Virus record (IMG/VR): IMGVR_UViG_3300026136_000008
Length of the DNA: 64,000 nucleotides
Direction: 5' to 3' (one strand)
From: a virus
This document shows, piece by piece, positions 18,384-26,524 of this stretch (position 1 is its first letter; each line of letters opens with the position of its first letter). The position numbers were made by a program, and so were the translations under genes. Below the pieces are notes generated by a model. That model was not told the origin of the DNA. It saw only the letters and a program-made list of their open reading frames with translations, and did not search any database.

Positions 18384-19289
18384 ATGAATATGGAATATTT
18401 GGCGATAGCATTTTTAAGTTGTATTATAGCTGGTTGTTCAGTACAGAACACAAAGGCAATAGAAGGAGATATGCCTTTTGTTCAGGGTACACCCACAAAA
18501 CAATTGCTAAAAGAGATGCCTAAGCTAATAAATACTCCTACGGATGGCGAAGGCAATCCAGTAAAGATTACAGTTGCGGTATATGATTTTCCTGATGAAA
18601 CAGGACAAAGGAAGCAAGTAGGATTATCAACAGCGGTTTCTCAGGGAGCTGATGTTTGGGTTATACAATCACTCATGGCAGTTAATAATGGTGGTTGGTT
18701 TACAGTTGTTGAAAGAGCGAGTTTAGATAATTTAACGAAAGAAAGACAACTGATTAGAAGTACAAGGGAACTATATGATGGTTCTCAGGCGACAGATTCT
18801 TTATCGCCTATGTTGTTTGCTGGCCTAATATTAGAGGGTGGCATTGTTGGATATGATACCAATACAACAAGCGGTGGAGCAGGAGCAAGGTTTCTAGGTT
18901 TAGGAGCTAACGATCAATATAGAACTGATCAAGTAACTGTTTCATTAAGACTCGTTGCGGTGCAGACAGGAGAGATCTTATTGACTGTATCATCAACGAA
19001 AACAATTGCGAGTACCAGTAATGGTGCAGATGTGTTTAGATTTTTAGATTTAGGAACACGTGCACTGGAAATAGAATCTGGTAATGCAGCTAACGAACCG
19101 GTGAATTATGCGATTCGTACAGCTATTGAATATGCAGTCTTGCAAATGCTATATGAAGGAAGAGAGTGTGGTTTATGGGAGTGGGCAGAACCAGTTATGG
19201 CAGAACGCGTAGACAAAGATGTCTTAAATTCTAATATACCACTTGATGATTGGGTAAAGCATCCAATTGAGGCAAAAGAAGGAGAGTAG
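18384..19289 (+). CDS. csgG: Curli secretion channel lipoprotein CsgG
   Basis: Lipobox IIAGC; VAVYDFPDETGQRK, STAVSQGA, WFTVVER..LDNLTKERQLIR, LEGGIVGYD, YRTDQVTVSLR. Confidence 0.95.
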   Translation: MNMEYLAIAFLSCIIAGCSVQNTKAIEGDMPFVQGTPTKQLLKEMPKLINTPTDGEGNPVKITVAVYDFPDETGQRKQVGLSTAVSQGADVWVIQSLMAVNNGGWFTVVERASLDNLTKERQLIRSTRELYDGSQATDSLSPMLFAGLILEGGIVGYDTNTTSGGAGARFLGLGANDQYRTDQVTVSLRLVAVQTGEILLTVSSTKTIASTSNGADVFRFLDLGTRALEIESGNAANEPVNYAIRTAIEYAVLQMLYEGRECGLWEWAEPVMAERVDKDVLNSNIPLDDWVKHPIEAKEGE

Positions 19290-19292
19290 TAA

Positions 19293-20402
19293 ATGAAATT
19301 ACTAACATTCTTTGTTATGACTTTGATGAGCATGCCATTAATGGCTGTAAATAAAATTTATGTAACGCAAGCTGGTGCCTCATTAGTTTTTGATGTACTA
19401 CAAGATGGAGATGGTAATATGGTCGGTAATTCGACTACGGCATCAACGGTTAATGGATCAGCTTCAAACTTTAATATCGACCAAGTGGGAGATAGTAATA
19501 TAATCACCTTTGATATAAATGGTGATAACTTTGTTGGTACATGGAGTACCACAGGTAACAGTAACAATATTGATTTTAATTGTGACCCAGCAGATAATAC
19601 AAGTGGTTGTGATGATGTCAATGCTGTTATCACATTTACTGGTAACTCACAAGACATTGATATAGATGTTGGTGGTACTACATCTGGTGATAATGCTGAT
19701 ATTGATATTGTTGGCCAATCAGGTACTGATAGTACTGTTGTTAATGCTACTATTGATGGTACAAGTGCAATACTAAGATTAACAGTTAACGGCGACACAA
19801 ATAACTATTTAATAGACATAGATGGTAATGGAGATGTTAATGGTCATACATTAATTATGACTCAAACTGGTATTACTGCTGATGTTGATGTTACTCAATC
19901 TGGTACAGATGATAACTCTATAACATTTACATCAACGGGCGATTCACAAAACATTGATATTACACAAACCTCTGGTGGTACAGTTACGGCAACAACAAGC
20001 GGAAGTACATCATCTGCGGTAAAGACAGTTAATATTAATCAGACTGCGGCCGCAACATTTAATACAGATGGTACTATCCTTGGACAAACGTCATCTGGTC
20101 TTGCTGGTGCTGGTGGTACATACGATATTGACCAAACAGCTGCTGGTACAATTAACTTAGATGTAAATGGTGCAAGTGCGGATGTGAGTATAGAACAAAC
20201 AAGTACAGGAACAGTAAATATTGATGCTGCTGGTGCAAGTTTTACTGCTGACATTGACCAAGATAACGCAAGTACACTTTCATTACATCATGATGGTGCT
20301 AGTGGAGATTATGTTATATTGCAAACTGGTGGTAATGGAGATATATTAACCCTAACGGTTAACGGTGCTTCGGCAAACGTAGATATTATCCAAAGAGATT
20401 AA
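19293..20402 (+). CDS. Curlin-like (CsgA-type) secreted beta-solenoid repeat protein
   Basis: Signal peptide; many x-I-x-Q-x-G-x-x-N repeats (LQDGDGN, IDQVGDSN, VTQSGTDDN); adjacent to csgG. Confidence 0.75.
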   Translation: MKLLTFFVMTLMSMPLMAVNKIYVTQAGASLVFDVLQDGDGNMVGNSTTASTVNGSASNFNIDQVGDSNIITFDINGDNFVGTWSTTGNSNNIDFNCDPADNTSGCDDVNAVITFTGNSQDIDIDVGGTTSGDNADIDIVGQSGTDSTVVNATIDGTSAILRLTVNGDTNNYLIDIDGNGDVNGHTLIMTQTGITADVDVTQSGTDDNSITFTSTGDSQNIDITQTSGGTVTATTSGSTSSAVKTVNINQTAAATFNTDGTILGQTSSGLAGAGGTYDIDQTAAGTINLDVNGASADVSIEQTSTGTVNIDAAGASFTADIDQDNASTLSLHHDGASGDYVILQTGGNGDILTLTVNGASANVDIIQRD

Positions 20403-20403
20403 T

Positions 20404-21504
20404 GTGCGATTATTTGTTATATTATGGTGTTTAACATTTTCATCATTCGCTAGTATAATTGGCGATGTCATTAAGACAGAGGGCAGCGCTGCTATTCAAA
20501 GAACGGATGGTGAAGATGTTGAATCTGAATTAGATTTAGATATATTTCAGTATGATACTGTAAAGACAGGTAAAGGTAAAGTCGCTATTGGCTTTATTGA
20601 TGAAACGAGAGTAGATGTAACCCAACATTCAAAATTAATTATTGATGAATTTGTTTATGACCCAAATACAAAGAAAGGTTCGTTATCACTAAAAGCAGCA
20701 CTTGGTACAGTAAGATATGCTTCTGGCCAAATAGCAAAGACCAGTGCAACAAATGTTCAAATAAAAACGCCCACCGCAACGATAGGTGTTCGAGGTACAG
20801 ATTTCTCGATGACGATAGACGAGCTAGGTAGCTCTACTATTATTCTTTTACCGTCATGTGATACAAATGGAAACTGCTTCGTAGGTGAAATAATAGTTGA
20901 ATCTGATGCAGGTATGGTTATTATGAACCAAGCTTTTCAAGCTACGCTTGTAGATACAATTGATAGTAAACCTATAAATCCTGTTATTGTAGAGCTAGAT
21001 GAAAGTTGGATCAGTAACTTACTTATTATATCAAAACCAAAGGAAATTGAAGAAGCAGTTCAAGAATCAGAATTTAATAAAGTTGCAACTGCCCTTGATA
21101 TAGACTTTCTAAAGTTTGAAGAATTAGAAATAGATTATTTAGAAGAGGTAGAAGATGATGCAGTAACAATGCTTGATATTAATTTTTTAGATCAGAATTT
21201 TTTAGCAGATGTTTTAGAACAACTCAATCGTCAATTGGCATTACAAATGCAATCTGAATTTGATAAAAAGAAAGGAGTTGTGTACGATTTTAAATTAGGT
21301 AAAGACAAGGAAACAGGAATTACAATACTAGACGAAGATCCACAATGGTATTGGCATAGAGAAGCTGCAAGTGGTAGTGTGGTTGAATTAAGGCTTGAGA
21401 AAGAAAATAGTTATATGATGAATATACAACAAGGGGATTTCTATTTAATAGATTTTGAATTAGGAGGAACAGAAAGTGAAATCACTATTATTCAAAGTCA
21501 GTAG
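20404..21504 (+). CDS. FecR-domain periplasmic protein
   Basis: Signal peptide; DTVKTG, F.DETRV, IKTPTATIGVRGTDF FecR motif. Confidence 0.88.
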   Translation: MRLFVILWCLTFSSFASIIGDVIKTEGSAAIQRTDGEDVESELDLDIFQYDTVKTGKGKVAIGFIDETRVDVTQHSKLIIDEFVYDPNTKKGSLSLKAALGTVRYASGQIAKTSATNVQIKTPTATIGVRGTDFSMTIDELGSSTIILLPSCDTNGNCFVGEIIVESDAGMVIMNQAFQATLVDTIDSKPINPVIVELDESWISNLLIISKPKEIEEAVQESEFNKVATALDIDFLKFEELEIDYLEEVEDDAVTMLDINFLDQNFLADVLEQLNRQLALQMQSEFDKKKGVVYDFKLGKDKETGITILDEDPQWYWHREAASGSVVELRLEKENSYMMNIQQGDFYLIDFELGGTESEITIIQSQ

Positions 21505-22258
21505 TATATTACTATTATGCTTACCTGTATTTGCTAACAACGAGATATACATTTCGCAAGTTGGCACAAGTAATAACTTTACATTAGATATAACCCAAGA
21601 TGGTGATGATAATGTAGTAAATTTTTCTGTATCACACGATGATAATACAATTACAATTGACCAAGAGGGTGAAGATGGTTATGTAGGTTATACTACGGCA
21701 TGGGGAACTCAATCTAATGGAGATTTAGATGGTTCTGACAATAATATTAATATTAAGCAATACTGTAATCAAACTGTTTGTGGTGGTGATAGATTTGAAT
21801 TTCACATAATGGGTAATGATAATGATGTTGATTTTTATCAAGGGTATAGTGTAAATACTTCGAATAATCCAGGAACTCCAGATTTATTTGAAGCAGGTGG
21901 TCACTTTGTAAGATTAGATATTCATGGTTCTAATAATAGATTTTTAGGAAGTCAAAGATCACATAATACAGGACACGAACACTCAAATACTTCAAACATT
22001 TATGGTAATTATAATGACATTTATATGAGGCAAGATAGCAATCAAGATAAAACAATGACTTTAACTGTCAATAATTCTAATAATGATATTGATATGATAC
22101 AAACTGGAAGTGCTGAACATAGTGCTACTATTACATTGAGTGGTTCTTATGCTACAGATTTAGATTTATTACAAAAAGGTGGTACAGCACAGTCATATAC
22201 TTTAACACAAACGTGTACGACTGCGAGTGGATGTTCAGTTCAAGTTACACAACAATAG
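21476..22258 (+). CDS. Second curlin-like (CsgB-type) secreted repeat protein
   Basis: Signal peptide; ISQVGTSNN, ITQDGDDN, IMGNDND, IQTGSAEH repeats; C-terminal CTTASGC. Confidence 0.7.
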   Translation: MKSLLFKVSSILLLCLPVFANNEIYISQVGTSNNFTLDITQDGDDNVVNFSVSHDDNTITIDQEGEDGYVGYTTAWGTQSNGDLDGSDNNINIKQYCNQTVCGGDRFEFHIMGNDNDVDFYQGYSVNTSNNPGTPDLFEAGGHFVRLDIHGSNNRFLGSQRSHNTGHEHSNTSNIYGNYNDIYMRQDSNQDKTMTLTVNNSNNDIDMIQTGSAEHSATITLSGSYATDLDLLQKGGTAQSYTLTQTCTTASGCSVQVTQQ

Positions 22259-22266
22259 TATAAATA
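22259..22266 (+). promoter_or_regulatory. Late promoter TATAAATA for the cyclase gene
   Basis: Exact consensus, 5 nt before ATG 22272. Confidence 0.75.
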
Positions 22267-22271
22267 GGTTT

Positions 22272-24113
22272 ATGAAGAAAATATTATCACATTGGTCTAT
22301 AGCATTTGTTACTCTTATAGCATTAACCTATATCGGTTTACAAGATCCATGGGTCAAAGAGATACTACGACTTAAATCATTTGACTATGTATTGCAAAAT
22401 GAAGAGAAGACTCCTTCTCAAGCAATATCAATAGTTACCATAGACGAAGCAGCGATCGAAGAACATGGTCAATGGCCATGGGATCGTGATACGCTTGCTA
22501 ACCTCATACTTCAATTAAGGAATGCAGAGACAGGTATTATTGTTATGCCTATATTGTTTAGTGAGGAAGATAGGTTTGGTAGTGATGATACATTCTGTGA
22601 AACATTAACGTATGGTACAGTTATTGCCCAAACAGGTACAGCACAAGAAAGAACATCTAATCCAGTACCGAGAGGTGTGGCAAAGATAGGAGATCCGTTA
22701 CCATATTTGTATGAGTGGAATGGCATGGTTGGTCCATTACCTAAACTTGCAGAATGTGCAGGTGGTGTTGGTGTCATTAATACTGCTCCTGAGATTGATG
22801 GTGTTGTAAGACGAGTTCCATTACTTATGAAGATAGGTGAAGAGGTATATCCGAATATGGCAATAGAAACTATTCGTGTTGCTGTAGGTGACCCATCATA
22901 TCAAGTCAAAGCTGATGAGACTGGTATTGTGGCTATGAGAGTTCCTGCTTATGCTACAATTAATACAGATACAAATGCTCGTGTATGGGTAAGATGGAAT
23001 AAAGAATTCAAAACAATGAGTGCCGCATCTGAAGACTTCACGCCGCTTGCGGGTACCACAGTCATTATTGCTATGACAGCAGAGGGATTAGGTGGAGTGA
23101 TTGCAACGCCTGTGGGTGAACAATATGACTATGTTATATCTGCACAAACCCTTCAAACAATATTAGATGGCGAAACAATAAAGCGATACGATAGCCTTAT
23201 AGAGATACTGGCTGGATTCGTATTAGGTATAATCATCATACTTATTACTAGATTTACACCATATTGGATAATTGGTGTATCTTTATTAGGTGTATTTGGT
23301 GGAGGTATATATTACTTCCAACATATGTTTAGTACACAATTAGTTCTTGTAGATATTACATGGGCATTATTAACATTCTTTATTGTAGGATTCCATGCTA
23401 CATTCAATAGATTCATATTAGAGTTTAGGCAGAAACAACAGATTAAGAAACAGTTCGAACACTACTTAGATCCAAGACAAGTCAAAGAACTACAGAAAAA
23501 TCCTGACTTATTGAAGTTAGGTGGTGAGAGAAAAGAAATGTCTTATTTGTTTATGGACATTATTGGATTTACACCTATATCAGAATACTATAAAAACAAT
23601 GATGACCCAGAAGGATTAGTCGTTCTTGTTAATGAATTCTTAGATGAGATGACAAATATTATATTGGCTAATGGTGGTATGGTCGATAAGTTTATGGGTG
23701 ATTGTATTATGGCAGTATTTGGTGCACCACTTGATATGCCTAATCATGCTGAGATGGCGGTGAAGTCTGCTATTGAAATAGAAGCAAAGACATTAGAACT
23801 AAAACAAAGATATAAAGATCGTGGCTTACCTGATATAAACGTAGGTACAGGTGTAAATACTGGACCAGCAATTATCGGTAATATGGGTAGCTCTACACGA
23901 TTTGATTTTAGTGTAATAGGTGATGCTGTTAATCTAGCAGCAAGACTAGAAGCAACAGCAGGAAGGGGAGATTATTCAAAATATCCAACTATATATTCCT
24001 CAATGACAATGGATCAGTTACCTGATACTTATAAATCTAAAAAGATTGGCGATATAAAAGTTAAGGGGAAAGAAGACGTAATAACTATTTATGCCGCTGT
24101 TCCCTCTTCATAA
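22272..24113 (+). CDS. CHASE2-domain class III adenylate cyclase
   Basis: CHASE2 (IVTIDE...GQWPWDR, DGVVRRVPL), three TM helices, cyclase motifs FMDIIGFT, DKFMGDCIMAVFG, GNMGS, IGDAVNLAARLE. Confidence 0.95.
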   Translation: MKKILSHWSIAFVTLIALTYIGLQDPWVKEILRLKSFDYVLQNEEKTPSQAISIVTIDEAAIEEHGQWPWDRDTLANLILQLRNAETGIIVMPILFSEEDRFGSDDTFCETLTYGTVIAQTGTAQERTSNPVPRGVAKIGDPLPYLYEWNGMVGPLPKLAECAGGVGVINTAPEIDGVVRRVPLLMKIGEEVYPNMAIETIRVAVGDPSYQVKADETGIVAMRVPAYATINTDTNARVWVRWNKEFKTMSAASEDFTPLAGTTVIIAMTAEGLGGVIATPVGEQYDYVISAQTLQTILDGETIKRYDSLIEILAGFVLGIIIILITRFTPYWIIGVSLLGVFGGGIYYFQHMFSTQLVLVDITWALLTFFIVGFHATFNRFILEFRQKQQIKKQFEHYLDPRQVKELQKNPDLLKLGGERKEMSYLFMDIIGFTPISEYYKNNDDPEGLVVLVNEFLDEMTNIILANGGMVDKFMGDCIMAVFGAPLDMPNHAEMAVKSAIEIEAKTLELKQRYKDRGLPDINVGTGVNTGPAIIGNMGSSTRFDFSVIGDAVNLAARLEATAGRGDYSKYPTIYSSMTMDQLPDTYKSKKIGDIKVKGKEDVITIYAAVPSS

Positions 24114-24240
24114 GATTCTTTAAACTCTTTACGAGATTCTTCTTCTTATTGGATCTATCATGACCCATCTCATGTAACTTTTGTTTTGTATGTTTTAATT
24201 GTACTTTCTTACTTATATTACGACTAGTAGTCTGATTCAT
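24085..24240 (-). CDS. 51-aa very basic peptide (not in the ORF track)
   Basis: MNQTTSRNISKKVQLKHTKQKLHEMGHDRSNKKKNLVKSLKNLMKREQRHK; TATAAATA (24246-24253) 5 nt upstream. Confidence 0.55.
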   Translation of the reverse strand: MNQTTSRNISKKVQLKHTKQKLHEMGHDRSNKKKNLVKSLKNLMKREQRHK

Positions 24241-24256
24241 ATATTTATTTATAAAG

Positions 24257-24283
24257 AAAAAAAAAGGCTCCCGAAGGAGCCTT
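24257..24283 (-). terminator. Intrinsic terminator with C(UUCG)G tetraloop
   Basis: GGCTCC-TTCG-GGAGCC followed by T9, directly after the nitroreductase stop. Confidence 0.9.
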
Positions 24284-24290
24284 AGAAATG

Positions 24291-24971
24291 TTACGCGTGA
24301 ACTTCGTAAGTCCTCATATTTGGCTTAGAGCCGAACTTGAAAGACGCATCTGAATGATGTTCTTGTCTTGAGCGAGAAGTATCAGCGATACCAACACCCA
24401 TTAACAATACAGTCTTCTTACCTTCAGGAACACCCAGTATTTCGTTAACTTTTTCTACATGGAAACACTTGCAACATCCAGTTGAATAACCCATCATTGT
24501 TGATACAAGGTTTACATAACCTGCAGCAATACCTACTGCCTGGTCACGATCTTCCTTATATGAAAAATGTTCTTTTGAACCACCCATCTTTTCAGACTCA
24601 CTAATATTACGAACTTCTTCGCCATATTGTTTTACATCGTCTTCAACAAATGCATATACTGTATGAGCAGATAGTTGTGAGTTAGTTGGTCCCGTACCTT
24701 CGTCATAACCTTGTAGACCATCAAATCCTAAGAATGAATTGTCTTCACTACCAAACTCAGGAATAGCAGTAGCAGCTTCGATTTGTTCAATCATAGCACG
24801 ATCTGTTATCACGTGGGTTTTATAGTGGTTAAGGTTTTGCTTAGTAGGGCATTGAGTAGCCGCTTCAGTTATCAAGTCGATATCTTCTTGTGGCATTTCC
24901 TTGCTTAAATCCCAGTTGCGATTGCAATGCTGAGATTTATGTATAGATTTTTTAATCATTGATCTAAACAT
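24291..24971 (-). CDS. Nitroreductase-family flavoprotein
   Basis: KSQHCNRNW...AATQCPTKQN, AVGIAAGYVNLVSTMMGYSTG, LLMGVG. Confidence 0.75.
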   Translation of the reverse strand: MFRSMIKKSIHKSQHCNRNWDLSKEMPQEDIDLITEAATQCPTKQNLNHYKTHVITDRAMIEQIEAATAIPEFGSEDNSFLGFDGLQGYDEGTGPTNSQLSAHTVYAFVEDDVKQYGEEVRNISESEKMGGSKEHFSYKEDRDQAVGIAAGYVNLVSTMMGYSTGCCKCFHVEKVNEILGVPEGKKTVLLMGVGIADTSRSRQEHHSDASFKFGSKPNMRTYEVHA

Positions 24972-24990
24972 TTTTTTCTCCTTATGTTAT

Positions 24991-25073
24991 AAAAACGTAA
25001 GATTGCAATCATGAGATTATTCCGGATAGTCCTTCTCCGTTGTTACTGAACGATTTCGAATAATTGCTCTTAC
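24991..25073 (-). ncRNA. Putative structured leader or small RNA of unknown class
   Basis: Nested complementarity GTAAGA/TCTTAC, GCAAT/ATTGC, TATTC/GAATA; starts 5 nt after a TATAAATA and ends in GTTTTT. Confidence 0.45.
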
Positions 25074-25078
25074 AGGTG

Positions 25079-25086
25079 TATTTATA
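25079..25086 (-). promoter_or_regulatory. Late promoter TATAAATA
   Basis: Exact consensus. Confidence 0.75.
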
Positions 25087-25533
25087 CTAATCTTTACTTC
25101 TACGTGCAGCTAATTCAGCCTTCATAGCATCATACTTATCTTTCCTACGCTGATCTACTGCTGCTTGTTCTGCCTTTCTTCTTGCTCTTCGTTGTGCAGC
25201 CCATGGACCGACAACATTAGTAAATATTAAAAATCCGATTACGCCGTATAAAACGGTTTCTGTTAAATTTGCAAACATAAATGCCCTCAGTTGTTCTTCA
25301 TTTCCAGCTTCTATCTCACTTATTTGTGGTTTGTCATCAGGTAATACTGAATCGACTGCTACTGATGTTGCTGCATTCACTGCCGCTGGAATAGGGCCTG
25401 CTACAACGTATGTGGCACCAGTAGTTGCCGCTGTTTTAATTAAATTCTTGGGATCTAATGCGTTGAATCCGCCTAACATACTACATCCACTTATAGAAAG
25501 GGCTAATGTGCCCGCTAATATTTTCTCAATCAT
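25087..25533 (-). CDS. Lipoprotein with a C-terminal TM helix
   Basis: Lipobox LSISGC; TM VLYGVIGFLIFTNVVGPW followed by a basic stretch; own late promoter at 25539-25546. Confidence 0.65.
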   Translation of the reverse strand: MIEKILAGTLALSISGCSMLGGFNALDPKNLIKTAATTGATYVVAGPIPAAVNAATSVAVDSVLPDDKPQISEIEAGNEEQLRAFMFANLTETVLYGVIGFLIFTNVVGPWAAQRRARRKAEQAAVDQRRKDKYDAMKAELAARRSKD

Positions 25534-25537
25534 ACAC

Positions 25538-26524
25538 TTATTTATATGGTTTTAGCGGTGCAATGCCAACTATATGTATTCGCGGTTCAAGTGATGAATT
25601 AATTGCTGTATGTGGTTTAGTAGTATCAAAGTAATATGGATAACCATTATCAGGTACATGGAATAATCTCCACTTATCATCTGTCATAAAAGCCCATTCA
25701 TTTGTTTCTACTACTAAATGTATACGTGGAGTAGGATCAAAATGGAATGTATAACAACCTTTAGGTGGTAGAACCATTAATCTAGTTCTTGTTAAGCCTT
25801 CAGTTTGTATAAACCTTGCAATCTCTGAATCTTCAGGGACGTTAAGCTTATTAAAATCATTTTCAGAAGATCCATCTGGTAACTTATCTATTTGTAATAA
25901 ACCAGTATAGAAGTCTTTACCATCACGTGATTGTAACATAATTTGATTATCATGTAAATCAGGTAAGTCTTTTATTTCTTCACGTATTCTTGTAAGATTA
26001 TATTTACGGTTAATCTTTTTATGTTGCGCTGCATACATGCCAGAATACTTATATAGCTTATCTGATCTTTTCATTTGTTCGCTTGACCTATCATCATCAG
26101 GTAGTATTGTCATTTCCTTTACACGATTTGGATTTAATAATACCCATTCAATAGTATCAAGAACAGATTGAAGTGTCATTTTATTGTCAGATATATCAGC
26201 AACTCTTTCAGTATCTAACCAACCAAAACGTAAAGCTGTGGTATTCATGCCTAAATAGAATAGTTGTTCGTTTGCTTTATCTAATGCAGCTTTCTCAACA
26301 GCGTATACATGCTTCCATTTTTTAAAGCCATCCCCGCTGTTTGAGCTTATGTTAATTGCAGTTTTATTTAAGTCATAAGCTTTATATAACATTTCTACTT
26401 GACTAAATCCATCATGCTTACAATTAATAAACACATCACATTCTTCGAGAGACTCAACTGTATTTAATCTATCGTGAAGGTACTTACCTAACCCTCGTCT
26501 AATCCCCGTTATATAAAACTTCAT
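25538..26524 (-). CDS. Fusion of a minimal SDR-like Rossmann domain and an Asp/Asn beta-hydroxylase-like Fe/2OG domain
   Basis: ITGIRRGLG, NISS, YAVEK (YxxxK); C-terminal HFD...FDTTKPHTAIN...PRIHIV. Confidence 0.75.
   Translation of the reverse strand: MKFYITGIRRGLGKYLHDRLNTVESLEECDVFINCKHDGFSQVEMLYKAYDLNKTAINISSNSGDGFKKWKHVYAVEKAALDKANEQLFYLGMNTTALRFGWLDTERVADISDNKMTLQSVLDTIEWVLLNPNRVKEMTILPDDDRSSEQMKRSDKLYKYSGMYAAQHKKINRKYNLTRIREEIKDLPDLHDNQIMLQSRDGKDFYTGLLQIDKLPDGSSENDFNKLNVPEDSEIARFIQTEGLTRTRLMVLPPKGCYTFHFDPTPRIHLVVETNEWAFMTDDKWRLFHVPDNGYPYYFDTTKPHTAINSSLEPRIHIVGIAPLKPYK

Noticed and set aside
24991-25073. tRNA, hammerhead ribozyme or FMN/SAM riboswitch
   Set aside because: No T-loop or CCA cloverleaf, no CUGANGA core and no recognisable aptamer consensus; kept only as an unknown structured RNA
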